DNA of 64,000 nt, taken from positions 17,627 to 81,626 of the forward strand of contig CACIRR010000001.1 in assembly GCA_902589095.1 (NCBI GenBank). Direction: 5' to 3'. The position numbers and the translations under genes are program-made. The stretch's first letter is position 1. Each line of letters begins with the position of its first letter. The notes under the pieces are model-generated. The model had not been told where the DNA came from and made no database searches. It saw only the letters and a list, made by a program, of their open reading frames with translations. Shown here in pieces: positions 59,328 to 64,000 of this stretch. The DNA is from an uncultured Alphaproteobacteria bacterium (lineage in GTDB: Bacteria; Pseudomonadota; Alphaproteobacteria; HIMB59; GCA-002718135).

Positions 59328-60359
59328 ATGAAATATTTTAGTCTTATTAAAGAAGCTTGGAGAGATTACGATTATTCAAGGAAAATATTAAGCATCACTG
59401 ATATCAGTATAAAAGTTTCTACCAATCATGTTTATAGAATTATCCTCAAAGATGGATCTAAAATAATTGTTAAAATATCTGATTATGGTTATGTTTCAAA
59501 CTTTTCAGAAGATCACTCTATTATCAATGCATTATCTATAAATCTTTCATACCCATTCGAAAATTTCTTAGCTAAATCTTTAACTAAAAATGGAAAATTA
59601 TATATTTATGAAAAAAAAGTTAAGAACTCTCCTATTTGGGTAGTTTTTTATAATCCTATAAGAACTGATAAAAGACCAGCAAAAAAGCAAAGTCTTAAAA
59701 GTATTAAAAATTTGGGGAAAGAATTAGCTAATTTTCATTTAGCATGTAAAAATACTACTAAGATCTTACCAAGTAAGTCTAAAACTTTTCATGAAGATAT
59801 AAAATTTATTAAGAAAAATATTTTTTCTAAAACATATTTTCACTTTGATAAAAGTCAAAAAATAGAAATTATTAAACATTGTGATATTTTTATAAAAAAT
59901 ACAAATAGGATTATAAATAAAAAAAATTTACTTCCTGTATTTATTGACTGGAATATTGGCAATTTTTCAGTTGATAAAAATTATAATTTTTTTAGCAGGT
60001 GGGATTATGATTGGTTCAGAATAGGTCATAGAACTTTGGATTTTTATTTTCTAAGTCGTGTTTGTTCTCAGCAGGGAGATTCGACATTATTTACTTACTC
60101 ACCCCTCCCTTTAATGGAAAAAAGATTTATGCTTTTTCTTAAATCATATCATAAAATATACCCTCTTAAAAATGATGATTTCATATTAATTCCTGAAATG
60201 TACAGATTTTTTATTCTCAATTATGTGATCAAAGATGGTTTTAGATTTTTTAATAAAAATATAGCACAAAAATTAATTAAAGATTCAGTTAATCTTTATT
60301 TGCCTAATATTGATAAACTAGTAATCTCAAATAAAATTAAAGATTATGTCTTATCATGA
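59328..60359 (+). CDS. Protein-kinase-like fold phosphotransferase (APH/CotS/choline-kinase superfamily), substrate unknown
   Basis: 343 aa with a candidate beta3 Lys (KIIVKISD), a catalytic-loop-like FIDWNIGNF (DxxxxN) and a metal-binding-like WDYDW. It is divergent, so the call is moderate. Confidence 0.55.
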   Translation: MKYFSLIKEAWRDYDYSRKILSITDISIKVSTNHVYRIILKDGSKIIVKISDYGYVSNFSEDHSIINALSINLSYPFENFLAKSLTKNGKLYIYEKKVKNSPIWVVFYNPIRTDKRPAKKQSLKSIKNLGKELANFHLACKNTTKILPSKSKTFHEDIKFIKKNIFSKTYFHFDKSQKIEIIKHCDIFIKNTNRIINKKNLLPVFIDWNIGNFSVDKNYNFFSRWDYDWFRIGHRTLDFYFLSRVCSQQGDSTLFTYSPLPLMEKRFMLFLKSYHKIYPLKNDDFILIPEMYRFFILNYVIKDGFRFFNKNIAQKLIKDSVNLYLPNIDKLVISNKIKDYVLS

Positions 60360-60760
60360 AGGATAAAATTAGAACTCTAAGTGCCTCATGTTTATGCAAT
60401 GGTGTTTCTATGAAAATTACAGGCGAATTTAGGCCTGTTATAAACTGTCATTGTATACAATGCACTAAAACTCATGGAAATTTTGCAGCTTACACTTCTG
60501 TCTTAGAGAGTAATATTGAATATAAATCCAAAAAAACATTAAAATGGTATAAATCATCAAAAATTGCAAAAAGAGGTTTTTGCAAAACTTGTGGTGCTAG
60601 TATTTTTTTTAAAAGATATGGTAGCAAAGGTGTATCAATATCAGCAGGGCTATTCAGAAATCCAAGTAAGCTTAAAACAAAATCCCATATCTACATAAAG
60701 AATAAAAGAGATTATTATGAAATTAAAGATGATTTACCAAAATTTAATAAATACAAATAA
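60356..60760 (+). CDS. GFA (glutathione-dependent formaldehyde-activating / CENP-V) family zinc protein
   Basis: 134 aa with Cys clusters CLCNGV, CHCIQC and CKTCG. It overlaps the upstream gene by 4 nt. Confidence 0.8.
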   Translation: MKDKIRTLSASCLCNGVSMKITGEFRPVINCHCIQCTKTHGNFAAYTSVLESNIEYKSKKTLKWYKSSKIAKRGFCKTCGASIFFKRYGSKGVSISAGLFRNPSKLKTKSHIYIKNKRDYYEIKDDLPKFNKYK

Positions 60761-60763
60761 TTA

Positions 60764-61543
60764 ATGGTTAATATTAATTCAATTGTTGATTTTTCAAATC
60801 ATCCTATAGATGATTCACAATATATATATAAATGTAATTCTTACATAAAAGAAAATTCAATATTGGTTTTGGAAAATTTTTTATTGAATAGCAGTTTAAA
60901 TAAAATTTTAAATGAGGCCAAATTATTAGAAAAAGAAGCTTTTTATTGTCAGCAAAAGCATACAATTTTATTAAAAAAACAATCGTCTGATTATGATCAA
61001 GACGACCCTTTAAATATTTTAATGACTAGTGATAAAGGTTGCGTCCCTCATGATTTAATTGAGAAAAATTCGGATTTAAATATTTTATATCAATCAGATA
61101 TTTTTAAAAATTTTATTATAAAAGTTTTAGATCTTGAAAAAATTTATCCATATGTTGATAAATTATCTTCAGTTAATTTAAATTATTATCAAAAAGGTCA
61201 ACAACTTGGATGGCATTTTGATAATGCATCTTTTGCAATAACACTTATGATTCAGTCAGCTCCAGAAGGGGGTGAGTTTGAATATATATCAGAGGGAAGA
61301 GACTCAAATAAAGACTTTATAGATAAAGATACTATTTCAAAGATTATTTCAGGTTCAGAAAAACCAAATAAACTTAATGCAAATGATGGCACATTGATAT
61401 TATTTTATGGAAGAAATTATCTCCATCGAGTAACACCGGTTGAAAGTGAAATACCAAGAATACTTGTTACTCTAAATTATAATGAAGAGAATAATGTTGA
61501 ACTCTCTGAAAATGCCAGGCTTACTTTTTTTGGTAGAGTATAA
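60764..61543 (+). CDS. Fe(II)/2-oxoglutarate-dependent oxygenase, unassigned subfamily
   Basis: 259 aa with the facial triad candidate HFD (WHFDNASF) plus distal His (YLHRVTPV). It starts 3 nt after the GFA gene stop. Confidence 0.62.
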   Translation: MVNINSIVDFSNHPIDDSQYIYKCNSYIKENSILVLENFLLNSSLNKILNEAKLLEKEAFYCQQKHTILLKKQSSDYDQDDPLNILMTSDKGCVPHDLIEKNSDLNILYQSDIFKNFIIKVLDLEKIYPYVDKLSSVNLNYYQKGQQLGWHFDNASFAITLMIQSAPEGGEFEYISEGRDSNKDFIDKDTISKIISGSEKPNKLNANDGTLILFYGRNYLHRVTPVESEIPRILVTLNYNEENNVELSENARLTFFGRV

Positions 61544-61633
61544 TTTTATTAACAATTTTTATCATTTACTGATCAATTGAAATTTATTTTTTATCTTTTT
61601 TATGAAATTTATATTTTTAAATATAATTAAATT

Positions 61634-62668
61634 ATGAATTTATTAGAACGTTTAGATAAAGGCCCCATAATTTGTGCTGAAGGTTATTTGTTTGCAATGG
61701 AAAGAAGAGGGTATCTTTCTGCAGGTGCATTTGTTCCTGAAGTAGTAATAGAACATCCTGAAGTTGTAACTCAATTACACCGAGAGTTTATACGTGCTGG
61801 AAGTGATGTTGTACAAGCTTTTACATATTATGGACATAGAGAAAAACTTCGAATTATAGGTAAGGAACATTTATTAGAACAGCTTCAAAAAGATGCATTA
61901 CAAATAGCTAAAGATGCAGCGAATGAATTCAAAGAATTAGATTTGATGGTCTGTGGAGATGTGGCAAATACAAATGTTTATGATCCAAATGATCAATCTT
62001 CAATTAAGAAATGTCAACAAATGTATGAAGAACAAATTTTGTGGGCAAAAGAAGCTGGTGTGGATTTTGTTATTGCAGAAACAATTAATTGGGTTGAAGA
62101 AATGAAAATAGCACTACAAGCTATTAAAAGAGAAAACATGATAGCAGTTACAAACTTTGCAATACCTAGAGGTGATATGACAAGAGATGGTTATACTCCT
62201 GCTGAAGCTTGTAAAATGATGGAAGATCTTGGGGCAGATGTTGTCGGCTTAAATTGTTATAGAGGTCCCAAAATGACCATGAAATTTCTTGATGAAATAA
62301 GAACTAATGTTTCATGTCATGTATCTGCATTGCCTGTACCTTATCGAACAACTGAAAATGAGCCAGGTTTTTTAAATATAAGTGATCATGGTTGTGATTG
62401 TATACCTGGTAACAACGCTTTTCCAGTTGCTCTGGATAACTTGTATTGTAACCGTTATGAAATGGCAGAATTTGCAAAAGAATGTATGCAAAAAAAAGTT
62501 AACTTTATTGGCATTTGTTGTGGAGCTGAAGCTCATCATGTGAGAGAAATGTCCATATCCGTTGGTAAAGAACCTATCTCAATGAAATATATTCCTGACA
62601 TGAGCAAGCATTTCCATCATGGTTCTGATAAAACATTGAAAGACATTAATAAAAAAATTACTTATTGA
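61634..62668 (+). CDS. bhmT: Betaine--homocysteine S-methyltransferase (Pfam S-methyl_trans family)
   Basis: 344 aa. The N-terminus LLERLDKGPIICAEGYLFAMERRGY...EHPEVVTQLHREFIRAGSDV closely parallels animal BHMT. Zinc-ligand Cys residues lie in GLNC and ICCGA. Confidence 0.85.
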   Translation: MNLLERLDKGPIICAEGYLFAMERRGYLSAGAFVPEVVIEHPEVVTQLHREFIRAGSDVVQAFTYYGHREKLRIIGKEHLLEQLQKDALQIAKDAANEFKELDLMVCGDVANTNVYDPNDQSSIKKCQQMYEEQILWAKEAGVDFVIAETINWVEEMKIALQAIKRENMIAVTNFAIPRGDMTRDGYTPAEACKMMEDLGADVVGLNCYRGPKMTMKFLDEIRTNVSCHVSALPVPYRTTENEPGFLNISDHGCDCIPGNNAFPVALDNLYCNRYEMAEFAKECMQKKVNFIGICCGAEAHHVREMSISVGKEPISMKYIPDMSKHFHHGSDKTLKDINKKITY

Positions 62669-63471
62669 TTATAATTATAGAAAAATAATTGTTTATCTTT
62701 AACTTTAAAATTATTAATTATTTCTTTGACTTCATTTGTTTTAAACCACTCAAAATATTTTTTTGCATTAATAAAATTTAAATTTTTATTAAGATCTGGA
62801 TTAACTAGAATTATTCCATACTGATTAAATAGAGGAGGGAGATTTTCACAAACAATTTTTAGATTATTTTTGTAATTAAAAGCTATCCACGTACTTCTAT
62901 CTGACAAAGAATAACCTTTTTTTTCATTAGCAATTAACAGTGTGCTACCCATTCCTTGACCAACACTGAAATACCATTGAAATTTTTCATCGATTTTGAG
63001 TTTAGCTTGTAACCACATTTCCAATTCTTTTCTATGAGTTCCACTATCATCTCCTCTAGAAATGAATAAAAATTTTTTATCATGTATTTCTTTTAATTTA
63101 TTCTCAACTGATGAACATTTTCTATTATCTTCTTTAGGTCCAACTAAAATATAATCGTTATACATGATTTCCTTTCTTTCCAATCCGAACCCATCTTTCA
63201 TAAATTCTAATTCTGAAGGTTCATGATGAACAAGTAAAATTTCAGCATTTCCGTCCTTTGCCGTTCGAATAGCTTGACCTGTACCTAAAGATAATACCTG
63301 AACTCTAATTTTATATTTATCATAAAATGCATTATTTAGTGCATCTAGTAGACCTGTATCATAAGTCGACGTTGTGCTAGCTACAATTATTTTATTTTCA
63401 GCATAAACAGTGCTTGCAAAAATAGTTAGAACTATAATTTTTATAATTATTATTAAAAAATTATTTTTCAT
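62662..63471 (-). CDS. Periplasmic substrate-binding protein, TupA-like (tungstate/oxyanion ABC binding component)
   Basis: Signal peptide. ASTTSTYDTGLLD (TTTS-type motif), GTGQA and MYNDYILVGP segments match TupA-type binding proteins. No permease or ATPase gene is adjacent. Confidence 0.7.
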   Translation of the reverse strand: MKNNFLIIIIKIIVLTIFASTVYAENKIIVASTTSTYDTGLLDALNNAFYDKYKIRVQVLSLGTGQAIRTAKDGNAEILLVHHEPSELEFMKDGFGLERKEIMYNDYILVGPKEDNRKCSSVENKLKEIHDKKFLFISRGDDSGTHRKELEMWLQAKLKIDEKFQWYFSVGQGMGSTLLIANEKKGYSLSDRSTWIAFNYKNNLKIVCENLPPLFNQYGIILVNPDLNKNLNFINAKKYFEWFKTNEVKEIINNFKVKDKQLFFYNYNQ

Positions 63472-63472
63472 T

Positions 63473-64000
63473 TTAAGGTGTTTTTAAAGTGTAAGAGGCC
63501 CACAATGAATGCCATTTAGCGTATTTATCCTTCTTTTTATTGCTACCTTTTATAATAACTACGCTATCAATTAAATATCTTGTATTTCTTTTAAAGTTGT
63601 ATTCAATATATCCTTGTTCGTTAGTTTTTAAATAATCTACGTTGACCTTATCATCTCTAATGCTCATAATTGCAATTTGATGATCTATTAGAATATTATT
63701 TTTATATTCTAATAAAATTCTTTTATTTTTTGTTAATTCTAATAGCGGATTATCTAAAAAAATTAACTCCAATTCCATTCCAGTATCGACATCTGAACCT
63801 TCATAATTATCAATCGAGACAATTGATTTTGCATATCGTTTATAACTTTCTACAAAATTCAGTGGGTAGTTATTATTTTGGTGTTCTTTTGCCAAACTTG
63901 GATAACCTTTTTTTCTTGAAAATATATCAAATTTTAAGAGGCCTTCATAATCAACATAATTCATTGCAGAAATTACTTGAAGAACATTTAATCCTGTAAA
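63473..64000 (-). CDS. DUF4198-like periplasmic protein, 5' end beyond window
   Basis: The frame stays open upstream of Met 63964 to the window edge (…FTGLNVLQVISAMNYVDY…), so the gene is probably truncated by the window. The C-terminal pattern (YAKSIV...LELIFLDNP...) loosely resembles DUF4198. Confidence 0.45.
   Translation of the reverse strand, partial: FTGLNVLQVISAMNYVDYEGLLKFDIFSRKKGYPSLAKEHQNNNYPLNFVESYKRYAKSIVSIDNYEGSDVDTGMELELIFLDNPLLELTKNKRILLEYKNNILIDHQIAIMSIRDDKVNVDYLKTNEQGYIEYNFKRNTRYLIDSVVIIKGSNKKKDKYAKWHSLWASYTLKTP

Noticed and set aside
61544-61633. A possible SAM-II/SAM-V-type riboswitch upstream of bhmT. Methionine-cycle genes in marine alphaproteobacteria often carry one.
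   Set aside because: The 90-nt spacer is almost pure A/T. It has no AAAGCU-type core and no GC-containing pseudoknot stems, so nothing supports a structured aptamer.

Overview
This is a very AT-rich (about 30% G+C by eye, not computed), extremely compact bacterial chromosome segment. About 70 genes sit almost end to end, and many start/stop codons overlap. Gene content and order point to a genome-streamlined marine alphaproteobacterium of the SAR11/Pelagibacterales type. The supporting blocks are yajC-secD-secF, uvrA/ssb/gyrA/coaD, recG/sdhE/mfd and tmk-holB-metG-tatD, plus a BHMT-type methyltransferase and a glycine riboswitch. This attribution is inference, since no search was possible. Most of the window is housekeeping: chaperone, DNA repair and replication, Sec translocon, cell-wall enzymes, and two tRNAs. 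I saw no mobile elements, CRISPR arrays or recognisable defence systems. The regions most worth a second look are these. (1) A canonical single glycine-riboswitch aptamer with a truncated second-aptamer-like element lies directly upstream of a translationally coupled DUF1015-serC-serA operon. That SerA lacks an ACT domain, no serB is present, and a TrpB2-type gene lies next door. (2) A 1004-aa fusion joins a hydroxylysine-kinase-like domain, an M23 peptidase domain and a PLP phospho-lyase-like aminotransferase. (3) Two tandem paralogous small membrane-protein genes have strong Shine-Dalgarno sites, and the window's only obvious intrinsic terminator follows them. (4) A sulfide-detoxification operon (persulfide dioxygenase-rhodanese plus split YeeE/YedE) also contains selO. 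(5) An uncharacterised kinase-like/GFA/2OG-oxygenase triad lies upstream of bhmT. (6) GyrA is non-canonical at both classical quinolone-contact positions. All functional calls rest on motif recognition in the supplied translations and need homology or structure searches to confirm.
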